This document shows, piece by piece, positions 47,423-57,385 of a stretch of 64,000 bases of DNA (its first letter is position 1; the number at the start of each line of letters is the position of its first letter). The position numbers and the translations under genes were made by a program. The notes under the pieces were generated by a model. It was given only the letters and a program-made list of their open reading frames with translations, ran no database searches and was not told the DNA's origin. The stretch is from Bdellovibrionales bacterium (GTDB lineage: Bacteria; Bdellovibrionota; Bdellovibrionia; Bdellovibrionales; UBA1609): positions 32,001 through 96,000 of the forward strand of contig JBFWVI010000005.1 in assembly GCA_050246815.1 (NCBI GenBank), read 5' to 3'.

Positions 47423-48916
47423 TCAGCGCGTGCTCTTGAACAAAAATGGATAAGAAACAATGACCTGCGTTCCACCCTTTGGGGTCGGAAACTGCCATCC
47501 CGCAACACGCCTCAGAATACATCCCTCGACCATGGCGTTGTTTAATGATGTTGTTCCTATGTTTTGAGTCACCACTCCACCGGTGGCACCGATGGTGAAT
47601 TTCACCATCACCTTGCCGTACAGATCTGGATTGGCACTCAACTGTCTTTCATAGCAATAGCGAATTTGTCCCAGTTGGGACTTGATGTAACGAGCGATGA
47701 TGTCTTTGTCTAAGCCACCCTCGACTTCGGTTTCCTCTTCAAGCACGCCCACCGTGGCGTTACCCACGTTGCCGACGGCAAGGCCACCAAAACCCTTGTA
47801 ATCACCCGAGCCGCCACCTTTGCCTGCGGTGCCGACACCACCAAGCTTGTGGCCTTCACCTGCCCCCATGCCGACTTCCTTCGGCGCCGCCGAGCCGATG
47901 GTGCGCCCAACGCCCAAAGCCACACCGGAACCCGCTACGTCTGGAGCTACGCCCGCCGATTGAATAAAGGCGGTGTTTTTGGCGGCGCGAGCCGAGATTT
48001 TTCCGATCAAAGCCGACAATCCCGAAGCTTTAATATTGTTCACCACTTTGGCTGCAGCACCGCTCATCTTTGCACTGCCGCCAGCCATTGGTGCCTGAGG
48101 CTTGTCAGGAACTTTCGCGGCAATCTGCTTGGTCAGCTTTTGGCTTTCGGCCTTTTGTTTTTTGACCTTGGCTGCATCGTAAATCATCCGCGTGTACTGG
48201 TTCTGGTCTTCAGGCTTCAACGCCACCATGGTGTCTTTGGGCTCTTGGGGCATAAAGAATAAGAAGCCAGACAGAATCAACAGTATCACCGCTGAAAGTA
48301 CCAGTGGCGCACGCAATGAAGGATCAAATGCTTCGACGATGCGCTCGCGGCCGGTTTGTTTGAGCATTTCGGTTCTGACCAGACGCTGGCGAATCTCAAG
48401 ACCCTCGCGGTTGGTGGTCACCCACTTTTCGTCTTTGGGGGGCTGCAGATTCATGGTTTCGCCGGCGTAACTCAAGGTGTAGATTTCGGTTGCACCGATC
48501 AAGCTGTTTTCAACCAGCAAACTATGGCGACGTACGACCACTTGGTGATAAAGTTCACCCTTACCATCCAACGCCTCGGTGCGATCCTTGTTGAAGAGCT
48601 CGTGCTGCATCACAACCGGAGTTAGTTTGATTTGGTGCTGGCCAATTTGAATCAAGGTCGTTTCGGTGATTTCTTGATGGACCACAGGTTTTTTCTGAAT
48701 CCATGTTCCATGCTCACTACCCAGATCTGACAGAACCCAGCAATTGTCTTGCCAGTCGATAGTGGCGTGAATGCCACCCACATGATCGCCCAACAAACGA
48801 ATATGAGCTTCTCGCGAAGAACCGAGCGTGGTCATGCCCTGACCCGCCACAACTTGGTGTCGGCCGACGAAGCGGTTCTTATATGAATGTTCGATCTGCA
48901 GCTCAATACGTTTCAT
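47423..48916 (-). CDS. FHA domain - TM - TonB-C (AgmX/PglI C-terminal) protein, GltG-like
   Basis: FHA (GSS...HA...DLGSEHGT); single TM; GLDKDII...IRYCYE...GKVMVKFTI...FPTPKGG...YPFLF. Confidence 0.85.
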   Translation of the reverse strand: MKRIELQIEHSYKNRFVGRHQVVAGQGMTTLGSSREAHIRLLGDHVGGIHATIDWQDNCWVLSDLGSEHGTWIQKKPVVHQEITETTLIQIGQHQIKLTPVVMQHELFNKDRTEALDGKGELYHQVVVRRHSLLVENSLIGATEIYTLSYAGETMNLQPPKDEKWVTTNREGLEIRQRLVRTEMLKQTGRERIVEAFDPSLRAPLVLSAVILLILSGFLFFMPQEPKDTMVALKPEDQNQYTRMIYDAAKVKKQKAESQKLTKQIAAKVPDKPQAPMAGGSAKMSGAAAKVVNNIKASGLSALIGKISARAAKNTAFIQSAGVAPDVAGSGVALGVGRTIGSAAPKEVGMGAGEGHKLGGVGTAGKGGGSGDYKGFGGLAVGNVGNATVGVLEEETEVEGGLDKDIIARYIKSQLGQIRYCYERQLSANPDLYGKVMVKFTIGATGGVVTQNIGTTSLNNAMVEGCILRRVAGWQFPTPKGGTQVIVSYPFLFKSTR

Positions 48917-48920
48917 CGCC

Positions 48921-49166
48921 CTACCTCAAATATTCGACCGAAGCTTTGATGTTTTTCTCAAACTGACGGTTCACTTTGTACAGCGGCATGAACTTCACAC
49001 TTTGCTTTTGCAACAAATAAGCACCGTCGGGGCTGCGTACCACGCCATCGATGTCGGCCGCGTCGAAGCTGACCTCCTGGGTCTTACGGTAGCTGACTTT
49101 CTTTTTACCTTCGGCTTCGCCTTGGGTCGTGAAAAGCAGGGCCGCAATTATCGCCATGATTTTCAT
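48921..49166 (-). CDS. Small secreted protein, GltF-like
   Basis: 81 aa; signal peptide; VSFDAADIDGVVRSPDG. Confidence 0.7.
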   Translation of the reverse strand: MKIMAIIAALLFTTQGEAEGKKKVSYRKTQEVSFDAADIDGVVRSPDGAYLLQKQSVKFMPLYKVNRQFEKNIKASVEYLR

Positions 49167-50107
49167 TTGTCCCCCTTTTTACGTTCGGCCGGTTCACGCA
49201 AGCTCAACTGATTTCCAGGCGTGGCTTGTTTAACCGTATTTTCAAGTTCGCGGATCTTTGAATCCAAATCCTGTTCATTCGCCAAATCCAGTTTTCGTTC
49301 TCGCTCTAAAGTTTTCAGGCGGCGATAGGCGGCGAGAGCCTCGGGAAAATTTTTATCCAAGGTCTCCAGCACCTGAGCCTGGCGCAGCCGTGCACGATAG
49401 CTGGAGGGGTGATTGAAAATGGCTTGCGCCAAAGCTTCATTGGCGCCCTTTGCGTCTTTGGCGCGGATGCGAACCTCGGCCCAACCCAAAAGCGAGGGAA
49501 GGTGGCGGGGTTCCACTTGTAGTGCCGCTTGAAAACGTTTGCCGGCCTCCGAGTTGTCACTGCTGATCAAGGCCAACTGCCCCAAAAGTAGCTGCGCATC
49601 AACCAAACGTTTGTCGATCTCAATTGCGCGCTTCAAAGTTTTCTGTGCGGTGCTCTGCTCGCCATTCAACCATTGCAGTCGACCTTGCTGATAAACCAAT
49701 AATCCGTTTTGCGGCGTCTTTTTTAGAGCCAATTCGATCATCCACATAGCACGTGGGAGCTCCTTGCGATTCTCGGCGGCCAAGCTCATGTAGTAGGCAC
49801 CCCAAGGGGCCAAGTGTTCACTTTGCGCCAAGTGGTTGCCCACCTGCTCGACCATGGCCCATTGACCGCTCTGCACACAGGCATTGGCGGCATTCAAAAC
49901 TTCGCGCCAAGCTATGCCTTTAAGAGCAACCGTCTGACGCGGACAAGAACCACGGCTGTCCGCGACCCGCAGAGATTGCGGATTGACAGCCTTGGTGTAC
50001 TCCAATCCCAGTGAAGCGGTTGGGCCCTTTTGATCATTCGTTTGGGATTGGTGAGCGCAACCCACTAAGAAGAGGAATGCCAATAAAATGAAGTTTAATC
50101 TTTTCAT
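49163..50107 (-). CDS. TPR lipoprotein (GltE-like)
   Basis: Lipobox LVGC; multiple TPRs. Confidence 0.8.
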   Translation of the reverse strand: MKRLNFILLAFLFLVGCAHQSQTNDQKGPTASLGLEYTKAVNPQSLRVADSRGSCPRQTVALKGIAWREVLNAANACVQSGQWAMVEQVGNHLAQSEHLAPWGAYYMSLAAENRKELPRAMWMIELALKKTPQNGLLVYQQGRLQWLNGEQSTAQKTLKRAIEIDKRLVDAQLLLGQLALISSDNSEAGKRFQAALQVEPRHLPSLLGWAEVRIRAKDAKGANEALAQAIFNHPSSYRARLRQAQVLETLDKNFPEALAAYRRLKTLERERKLDLANEQDLDSKIRELENTVKQATPGNQLSLREPAERKKGDK

Positions 50108-53088
50108 GACCCCACCCCCGCCAAGGTCGGCAACATCACGCCGGGGTCCGTCAAATCCAAGTCAAAGGTGTTGGGCATCGGCATATTCATTTTCTTCAGG
50201 GCTGTGCGCATCTCGACCACCATCGCATTTTCAACCTTGAAGCGTTTGGCGGCGCGAATGCCCTCTTGCAATGTTTCGACTGCTTTTTCTTCCAGCGGAA
50301 TCGACAAATTGCTCAATTCTCCGCGGAAGGCCTCTTCATCTTCTTTGCTGAAGCCCGCCGGGATCGGCATGGTTTTAAGGGCTTCGACGTAGTGCATGTA
50401 ACATCCGGCCAAGCGCGCTAACGACTGCACGGTCACCTGCGGGTCACCATACTTGATGGACTGCTGCAGCGCCTGTTGAGCCTTTTCAAGTTTTTCAGTC
50501 TTAATAGCCAAAACAGTGGCTACTTTTTCAGCACGTGACTTCACGCTTTGTTTTAGGAATTCGTCTTCAAGTACACGCGCCTGAATCAGACGTGCTCGCG
50601 ACTTTGCGAAGTTCGATGCCGCACTGGCGCCAATTACTTTTTTTGCCTCATTGAACGCTTCGGTCTGCTGACCGGCCTTGAACATCTCTTCAACCAACTC
50701 CACTTTTGCAAAAGATGCCTGCGGCTGAACGCCTGAGTTGGCGATTATGGTCAGGAGCTCTTTGTAGCCGGGGCCGCCTGCAGCGCGCTCAAGCAACAAG
50801 AGCTTATCCAGAGTTTGGCTACGCACGTCGGGCTCACTGGCTTGGCGCAAATCCATCAATAATTTTTTGGCTTTAACGGGACGATTGCTCAGCATATAGA
50901 AGTCGGCCGCCAAAGCATTCCACTTGGTGGCATTCTTGGGCTCAAGCTTCGAAATTTTATGTAACACATCGGCGGCAGGTTCTAACTGGCCAAGCGATTC
51001 GTAGCTTTGTGCCGCCTTAAGCAAAGCATCCATTCCGTTTTTTGCCGTCGGAAATCGATCAAAATAATCTTCCGCCGCTTTGGCGCCGCCCACGAAATCC
51101 AAAACTTTGTAGTGCAGTTGAACCGCATTCCACCAAGCTTTCACGGCTAAATCCGATTGCGGATTTCCCATCGCAAACTCTTTGTAACCAGCAATGGCTG
51201 CCGGATACTTTTTGGCTTCCTCTAAGGATTGAACATCCAAGAAATAAGATTGTTCGTACAGCTTTTGCAGCTTGTCTTTACGAGGAGCACTGCTCTCGGC
51301 GCGGATCAGATCTTTGGAATAGTCTTTTAAACCTTTGTAGTCTTTTTTAAGGTTCAAAATGTCCAAATAGAGGTCTTGTGCCTTTTTTCCTTTTTCGTTA
51401 CGGGCATAGTCTTTACCCAAACGAATAAACATTGGTGCGGCTTCGTCGTAGCGCTCTTTTTCATAAGCAATCAAAGCCATTTTAAATTCCAAGTCCAAAC
51501 GGTATTGGCCCTTGGGATTGCTGGCCACGTAAGACTTTGCCAACTCGTGGAAACTCTTCTCGTCTTTGTCGGACCACTTGTCGCCTACGGCTTTTTCCAA
51601 GCTCAAGACGGCGGCGTAAGAGGCGTCGTGGCGCAGGCTGCCAGCCTCTTTGGCTCCACCCACCCGAGCATACTCTTCAGAAGCGCGACGATATTTTTGT
51701 CGCTGAAACAGAAGTTCGGCATAAGCATAACGAGCCTCGTTGGCTTCTTTGGTGGCTGCAGGCTCGCGCAAATAAATTTCGTAGGCTTTTTCAGCCACAT
51801 CGGCGAAGTCCGCGGACTTAGCCGTGTCTTTCTTCCAAATCTTCAACCAACGGCTGGCCAATTTTACCGCCGAATCAGACAATGTGGCCATGCATGCGAT
51901 ACGAGGATCCGGTGCTTTTTGTTCTTGAGCGGTTTTGCGCTGCCCCTTCATCCATGCGCTGTTTTCGCGGCAGACGTCAAAAAGTTTTTCCATCTGCTGC
52001 ACGGCCAGATCTTTGCGTTTCATAGCATCAAAGTTCCAGATCAGCTCGCCATGGATATTGGCGACATGCGGAGAATCCGAAATATTTTGAATGAAGTCGG
52101 TTAAGACCACCTGGCGCTCAGCATGGCGGCTATGATGCTCGTAGAGCTTGGCCAATTTCAAGATGATTGGCCCAACATCAAGTTCGCTGGCTTGTTTACG
52201 AAAGTAGTTAAAGGCTTCTTTAGCCGGCAACACGTCTTCGTAAAAAACGGTCATGTCAGCCAAAGCTTCTTTACGCAAATCCAGGCGAGATTCGATTTTT
52301 TTGTCTGCGACGAATTTACCGTAAGCCACCACTTCTTCTAATTTTTTCAGAGCGGCCACGGCGTCACGCATGTTGTAATAGGCCCATGCGGCCTTGTACA
52401 AGCCGTAAGGATAAACGCGCGATTCAGGATACCTTTTGATCGCGTTGAAGTGTTCAAGCGCGAATGAAAAATTGGCTTTGTCGAAGTTGATCTCGCCGAT
52501 CGCCAAGTGACAATCGGGGACCAACGGTGAAGTGCGGAAGTTTTGCACCAGCGTCCAGTATAAACGCTCGGCCTCTTTTTCTTGACCCAGCTGTTGGCGC
52601 GCAAAGCCGTTGTTGAAAATCACCAGGTCCAGTTGTTTAAAGCGCGGGAACTTGGCTTGGATGTGGTCGTACACCGCCACCGCTTTCATCACATGAGCTC
52701 GTGAATTGGCGTTGGCCACCACTTGCGGCGCTACACGAACCACGGTTTCGGAAGTGCGGCTGATCTCGAAGAATCGTGCGGTCTTTGCTCGACGCATGTA
52801 AAGCTCGGCCAAGCGGAATTGCAATTCAGCTTCCATCGGCGTGCCTTTGTATTTTTTAATCAAGGCGGTGGCTTGCTCGATGGCTTTCACTTCGCTACGA
52901 GAAATCATCATTTCTGTTTTGACAGCTTTGAGTTCATTGGCGCGTTCGTCGCCTTCTTCGAGCTTGAGGCTGTCGAGTTCGGTTGCCGTCTTTTTTTCGC
53001 GCGCTTCGACGCGCATAGTCGTGCCTGTGGCCACCACTATCAAACTTACGAAAATCAATTTTCCGACGGTCGACAACTCGACTCGCAT
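50104..53088 (-). CDS. Large secreted TPR protein (GltD-like)
   Basis: 994 aa; FRLAELY, YGLYKAAWAYYN, PLEEKAVE; extensive TPRs. Confidence 0.8.
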   Translation of the reverse strand: MRVELSTVGKLIFVSLIVVATGTTMRVEAREKKTATELDSLKLEEGDERANELKAVKTEMMISRSEVKAIEQATALIKKYKGTPMEAELQFRLAELYMRRAKTARFFEISRTSETVVRVAPQVVANANSRAHVMKAVAVYDHIQAKFPRFKQLDLVIFNNGFARQQLGQEKEAERLYWTLVQNFRTSPLVPDCHLAIGEINFDKANFSFALEHFNAIKRYPESRVYPYGLYKAAWAYYNMRDAVAALKKLEEVVAYGKFVADKKIESRLDLRKEALADMTVFYEDVLPAKEAFNYFRKQASELDVGPIILKLAKLYEHHSRHAERQVVLTDFIQNISDSPHVANIHGELIWNFDAMKRKDLAVQQMEKLFDVCRENSAWMKGQRKTAQEQKAPDPRIACMATLSDSAVKLASRWLKIWKKDTAKSADFADVAEKAYEIYLREPAATKEANEARYAYAELLFQRQKYRRASEEYARVGGAKEAGSLRHDASYAAVLSLEKAVGDKWSDKDEKSFHELAKSYVASNPKGQYRLDLEFKMALIAYEKERYDEAAPMFIRLGKDYARNEKGKKAQDLYLDILNLKKDYKGLKDYSKDLIRAESSAPRKDKLQKLYEQSYFLDVQSLEEAKKYPAAIAGYKEFAMGNPQSDLAVKAWWNAVQLHYKVLDFVGGAKAAEDYFDRFPTAKNGMDALLKAAQSYESLGQLEPAADVLHKISKLEPKNATKWNALAADFYMLSNRPVKAKKLLMDLRQASEPDVRSQTLDKLLLLERAAGGPGYKELLTIIANSGVQPQASFAKVELVEEMFKAGQQTEAFNEAKKVIGASAASNFAKSRARLIQARVLEDEFLKQSVKSRAEKVATVLAIKTEKLEKAQQALQQSIKYGDPQVTVQSLARLAGCYMHYVEALKTMPIPAGFSKEDEEAFRGELSNLSIPLEEKAVETLQEGIRAAKRFKVENAMVVEMRTALKKMNMPMPNTFDLDLTDPGVMLPTLAGVGS

Positions 53089-53174
53089 GCCTCGGCCCCC
53101 GTTTAGCCAGCTCGCCGAGTTACATGCCGCGTATGGAGCTGAAATATTTTTTAAATGCTTAGATCGTGCTTGAT

Positions 53175-54044
53175 CTAAGCCGCTTCTGCTTTACGTGCCA
53201 ACTCATGCAAAAACTGCTGAGTGTTGGCGCTGATGCTGGTGAACTTTAAACCATAACGAATGGGTGCGTTCTTTTCACGAACCCCTTCAACGAATTGCTT
53301 CGAAACCACTTCGCAAACCGCGTTGAACGGCGGAACACCGTCACAGGGTTTGAAGTGCAGGTACAGCGTTTGGCCCGGCACGATCATGGCATTTTCCATG
53401 ACCACGCCCGCGCCACCGGCGCTGATTTCCATGCCCCCACCCTTCCAGACGGTTTTGTTGTCATGGACCAAGATCGTGCCGTTGTAGTTCATGCGGCGAT
53501 GACGACGGCGGAAGAACACTTCTTGAATGTCGGGCATATTGGCCGTTTGCAGCTTACGGATGCTGTCGGCGTTAAATGATGCAAGCTCGGCGATGCGCTT
53601 CCATGAAGCCATCCCCGGGTGCCAAACAAAATCAAATTCGAAAACAACTTTTTGCTGCAGCATTTTAACGACATCATTAAAAGCAAATGGACCAAATTTG
53701 TTTTCGCCCTTCAACACATACCATTCGCTGATGGCGTGTTCATTGAGCGGTTCACCTCTGGCTTTGGCTTCATTGACCTTGTCGGCCACCAAAGCCGCTT
53801 CAGGCGCCGTGGCCTCGGGGCCGGCCTGTTGGGGCGGCATCTTTTTTGGCGGAGGGGCTGGTTTGTGATCCTTAAGTTGCTGTGCAACCGCAGGATACTC
53901 CATCAAAAGAACCCAATCACCCTTGCCGTCGTCGTAGACGTAGTCCAACAGGCTCAGTTTATTTTTGCGTACTCCATCAACAATCTCGGTCAAACTCATC
54001 GGACCAATCTGCTGACCTTCGTGTGAAATATAAAACTGGCTCAT
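53175..54044 (-). CDS. Tandem GYF_2 (DUF4339) domains plus PilZ domain
   Basis: FYISHEGQQIGPMS; WYVLKGENKFGPF...VWHPGMASW; PilZ RRRHRR and EISAGG. Confidence 0.85.
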   Translation of the reverse strand: MSQFYISHEGQQIGPMSLTEIVDGVRKNKLSLLDYVYDDGKGDWVLLMEYPAVAQQLKDHKPAPPPKKMPPQQAGPEATAPEAALVADKVNEAKARGEPLNEHAISEWYVLKGENKFGPFAFNDVVKMLQQKVVFEFDFVWHPGMASWKRIAELASFNADSIRKLQTANMPDIQEVFFRRRHRRMNYNGTILVHDNKTVWKGGGMEISAGGAGVVMENAMIVPGQTLYLHFKPCDGVPPFNAVCEVVSKQFVEGVREKNAPIRYGLKFTSISANTQQFLHELARKAEAA

Positions 54045-54105
54045 AGGTCTCCCTCAACCCTTCTGGTCAAACCCACATTCACAAAAAGCCCTCTTGCACC
54101 TTATG

Positions 54106-54132
54106 ATATCGGCCTGTGGAACCCTTGACTTA
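54106..54132 (-). promoter_or_regulatory. Putative sigma-28 (FliA) promoter
   Basis: TAAG-N15-GCCGATAT on the minus strand, 61 nt upstream of the 54044 ATG. Confidence 0.7.
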
Positions 54133-54296
54133 AGGCCATAATCCCTTAAAAACTCTGCTCTTCCGGCAATCTGTATTGTTTTGAAATGTTCAAAATGAGA
54201 TCACGAAAAAGCGTCAAATGAGTTGTCAGTGGCTTCGACCAGCGCTTCAAAGTTCGCTAATGTAGCGTCGACAAAATTGACATTTTTAGAGTACAT

Positions 54297-55046
54297 TTGA
54301 AATTACAGAGAGAACACAGAGTGACAAGCAGCAAAAAAATTCTAGACGAAGTTTTGGCGCAGGCGGAAGCCGCGGCGCGCGTTAAAAAAAAATTTATGGT
54401 CGTCTTCGATTTGGATTCGACCTTGTTTTGCGTCAGTCCGCGAATTCGCTCAATCTTGGATCAACTTTCAGCAGATCAAGAATTGTTGCAGCGATTCCCA
54501 AAATCCACTCCCACATTGCACGGCTTGGATGTCACACCCACGGATTGGGGCATTCGTACCGTTTTGATACGCTCACAAATTATTGGAACTTTGGATTTTT
54601 TTGAAATGGTGCGCAGTAAATGGGCTGAACGTTTTTTTAGTAGCGAATACTTAAAAAATGATCTGCCCTATCCTGGCGCAGTGAAGTACGTGCAGCGTTT
54701 AGCTGCGCTAGGCGCTGAAATTCGCTATTTAACCGGTCGCGATTGGCCACGCATGGGACTGGGAACTGTGGCAAGCCTTGATCAATGGCAATTTCCTTTG
54801 GCTAGCCAACAGCATTTGCACATGAAACCCGACAGCAATCGCCACGATGCCGATTTTAAACTGGATACCTTGCGGCACTTGCAGTTGGAATCACCGGATA
54901 TCTACTTTTTTGAGAACGAGCCTGTGATCATCAACTTGGTGCACCGCCAATTGCCGTCACTGCCGATTATTTTTATCAATAGCATTCACAGCGGGCGCGA
55001 ATCGGCGCCGGATCACCTGCCCAAAATAGACCCCAACTTTGAATAG
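54297..55046 (+). CDS. HAD-superfamily hydrolase
   Basis: VVFDLDSTLF, YLTGR, FFENEP; start may be GTG 54321. Confidence 0.8.
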   Translation: MKLQREHRVTSSKKILDEVLAQAEAAARVKKKFMVVFDLDSTLFCVSPRIRSILDQLSADQELLQRFPKSTPTLHGLDVTPTDWGIRTVLIRSQIIGTLDFFEMVRSKWAERFFSSEYLKNDLPYPGAVKYVQRLAALGAEIRYLTGRDWPRMGLGTVASLDQWQFPLASQQHLHMKPDSNRHDADFKLDTLRHLQLESPDIYFFENEPVIINLVHRQLPSLPIIFINSIHSGRESAPDHLPKIDPNFE

Positions 55047-55120
55047 AAAATGAGGGCGGCTCTCTGACCAATGGCCGCCAACGCAGACCGAGGTCATCGC
55101 TGCCACGTCTTAAGTTTGGT

Positions 55121-55672
55121 TTATTCACGCATCAAATGCCGCCGCGCCAACGCCAGAGAGCCCATCATCAAAGAATGCTGGATCTCGCCCTGTTCCAGCA
55201 GCTTGTAGACTTCATACACAGGGACTTTTTCAACGCTTAGATCTTCGAAGGGGTCCAACTGTGGTTCGCCCTCAAAAACGCAATCACGGGCAAGATATGT
55301 GATCAAACGGTTCGATTGTAAAGCGGGATTGGGATAGTGCTCGCCCAAAAGAGTCCATTGCTTCGAGATATACCCGGTTTCTTCTCTCAACTCTCGTTTG
55401 GCGGCCTCTAGAATAGTCTCGCCTTTGTGTTGATCCATGGAGCCCCCGGGAATTTCTAAAAATTCATCGCCGGCGGCATGGCGGTACTGCCGCACCAGAA
55501 TAAGGTCACCTCTTTCGTCCAAGGCAACAATGTGTATCCATGAGGGAAAATCGACCACGTAATACCTGGGCATCCGCCGTCCGTCAGGCAACTCGCATTC
55601 ATCCGTACGCAGGCTAAACATCCCCGCCTTAAAAAGTTCTTTGCTGCTTAAAACTTTCCATTTTTTGCTCAC
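55121..55672 (-). CDS. NUDIX hydrolase (ADP-ribose pyrophosphatase-like)
   Basis: LVRQYRH, EIPGG...AAKRELREETG; start placed at GTG 55672 to avoid overlap with rsmI. Confidence 0.9.
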   Translation of the reverse strand: MSKKWKVLSSKELFKAGMFSLRTDECELPDGRRMPRYYVVDFPSWIHIVALDERGDLILVRQYRHAAGDEFLEIPGGSMDQHKGETILEAAKRELREETGYISKQWTLLGEHYPNPALQSNRLITYLARDCVFEGEPQLDPFEDLSVEKVPVYEVYKLLEQGEIQHSLMMGSLALARRHLMRE

Positions 55673-55707
55673 GATCCGCGCCCCGACTGGTTTAGGATGG
55701 ACTGCAT

Positions 55708-56403
55708 ATGGCTTTATATGTGGTCGCCACCCCCATCGGCAATCAAGAAGATCTCTCGCCTCGCGCCAAACAAATCTTAGGCGCATGCCACGTGGTCATC
55801 GGCGAAGAGTTTCGCGAAGCTTCCACTCTTCTTAAACGCCACGACATCGTCGGTAAAACGCTTGAACAGCTCAACGAACATTCAACACCGGCTGACCTCA
55901 AACTTTTGGTTGAACTTTGCCGCAACCAAGATGTGGCCTTGATTAGCGATTGTGGCACCCCTAGCTTTTGTGACCCTGGCGCAGATTTGGTGGCGGCCTG
56001 CCGTGCGCAAAACATCCGTGTGGTCAGCGTGCCCGGGGTTTCTAGCCTAATGGCTTTTTTAAGCCTTTGCGGTCAACGTTTGGACGAATTTTATTTTCGT
56101 GGATTTTTGCCTGCCAACCGCGAAGCACGGGCCAGCGCGATAAAAGAACTTAAAGGGGAAATGCGCCCGATCATCTTGATGGACACCCCCTATCGCCTTG
56201 GCCGACTGCTTGAAGAGTTGGCTGAAAAGATGCCCGAGCGGCTGGCAACCATCGGCATGGATTTAACCAGCGAAAAAGAAGCCGTTAAGGTCGCGCCCCT
56301 GGCGCAATTGGCAAAGATATTTGCCGAAACAAAGGCTGAGTTTTTACTGCTGCTGCACGGGCAAAATCAATCGCGCTCTTTACCGCGCAAGAAATCCAAA
56401 TAA
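55708..56403 (+). CDS. rsmI: 16S rRNA C1402 2'-O-methyltransferase RsmI-like
   Basis: LYVVATPIGNQEDLSPRA, ISDCGTPSFCDPG, FRGFLP. Confidence 0.88.
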   Translation: MALYVVATPIGNQEDLSPRAKQILGACHVVIGEEFREASTLLKRHDIVGKTLEQLNEHSTPADLKLLVELCRNQDVALISDCGTPSFCDPGADLVAACRAQNIRVVSVPGVSSLMAFLSLCGQRLDEFYFRGFLPANREARASAIKELKGEMRPIILMDTPYRLGRLLEELAEKMPERLATIGMDLTSEKEAVKVAPLAQLAKIFAETKAEFLLLLHGQNQSRSLPRKKSK

Positions 56404-57335
56404 AAATAACGATCAAACTGAGGGTGAAAGCGGGACCAGTTTTCACCGGTGCCAAGTTCTTGGCGCATAAAACCCACCACCGTGTTGAGCTTGGAATCCA
56501 GATCATCAATCATCGCCACCACTATGGCTTCGGGAAAGGCGGGCTCTTTTGGTGAGCCGTATTCGAGCTTCCCGTGATGCGACAACACGATGTGCTTCAA
56601 GGCATCTTTTAAAGCCACCGGAAAACCAAAAATTCCTCGTGATTTTTCGTCAATCATTTCGCAGGCGATGGCCATATGCCCCACCAAGCGGCCGCGGTCT
56701 GTGTATTTGATGCCGTCTTCGATACTGAGCTCCCACACTTTGCCGATGTCGTGAAAAATGGCCCCGAACAGCAGCAGATCCCGGTTTAAAAAAGTATAGT
56801 GGCTAGCCAAAAAATTCATCGTGCCGCAAATCGACAAAACGTGTTCCAAAAGCCCACCCATGTAGGCATGGTGGATACTTTTCGCCGCCGGTGCCTTTAA
56901 TAAACGCGGCTTCAGCTCGGCGTCGTTTAAAACCGACAGAGTCAGATCGCGAATATGAGCGTCTTCGAAGGTGGTGGTCAAAGTAATCAGTTGATCAAAC
57001 ATCTCTTGCGGATCCGTTACGGCTGCACCCACAAAATCTTTTAGCGCCACCAGCGACGAGTCCGCCTTGTTCAGATCTTGCACGATCACCTGGCGTCTAT
57101 TTTGATAGGTCTGCACAAAGCCCTTCACTCGCACAAAATCGCCAGGCTCAAAAACCTTCGATATTTCGTCGACTTTCTCCCAAATGCGCGCGTTGATCGT
57201 GCCACTGGCATCCGCCAGATTGAAACTCATATAAGATTTACCGTTACGATCGGTCAGGATCATTTTGTCCGCTGCCAAAAAGATCGATTCAACGGCTTCT
57301 CGGTCTTTCAGGTCACGCACGAACTGTTTGGACAT
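56367..57335 (-). CDS. OB-fold plus HD-domain 3'-5' exoribonuclease (YhaM/Cbf1 family)
   Basis: N-terminal OB fold; HHAYMGGLLEH, HDIGK, LSHHG, DDLDSK. Confidence 0.9.
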   Translation of the reverse strand: MSKQFVRDLKDREAVESIFLAADKMILTDRNGKSYMSFNLADASGTINARIWEKVDEISKVFEPGDFVRVKGFVQTYQNRRQVIVQDLNKADSSLVALKDFVGAAVTDPQEMFDQLITLTTTFEDAHIRDLTLSVLNDAELKPRLLKAPAAKSIHHAYMGGLLEHVLSICGTMNFLASHYTFLNRDLLLFGAIFHDIGKVWELSIEDGIKYTDRGRLVGHMAIACEMIDEKSRGIFGFPVALKDALKHIVLSHHGKLEYGSPKEPAFPEAIVVAMIDDLDSKLNTVVGFMRQELGTGENWSRFHPQFDRYFYLDFLRGKERD

Positions 57336-57385
57336 GAAGGCCTCCACCGGCCCAATATAGTCCAGAATCAGCGCGGATCAAAGCA

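Noticed and set aside
43448..54026. Numerous 60-240 aa plus-strand ORFs
   Set aside because: Antisense shadows of long minus-strand genes, with no motifs of their own
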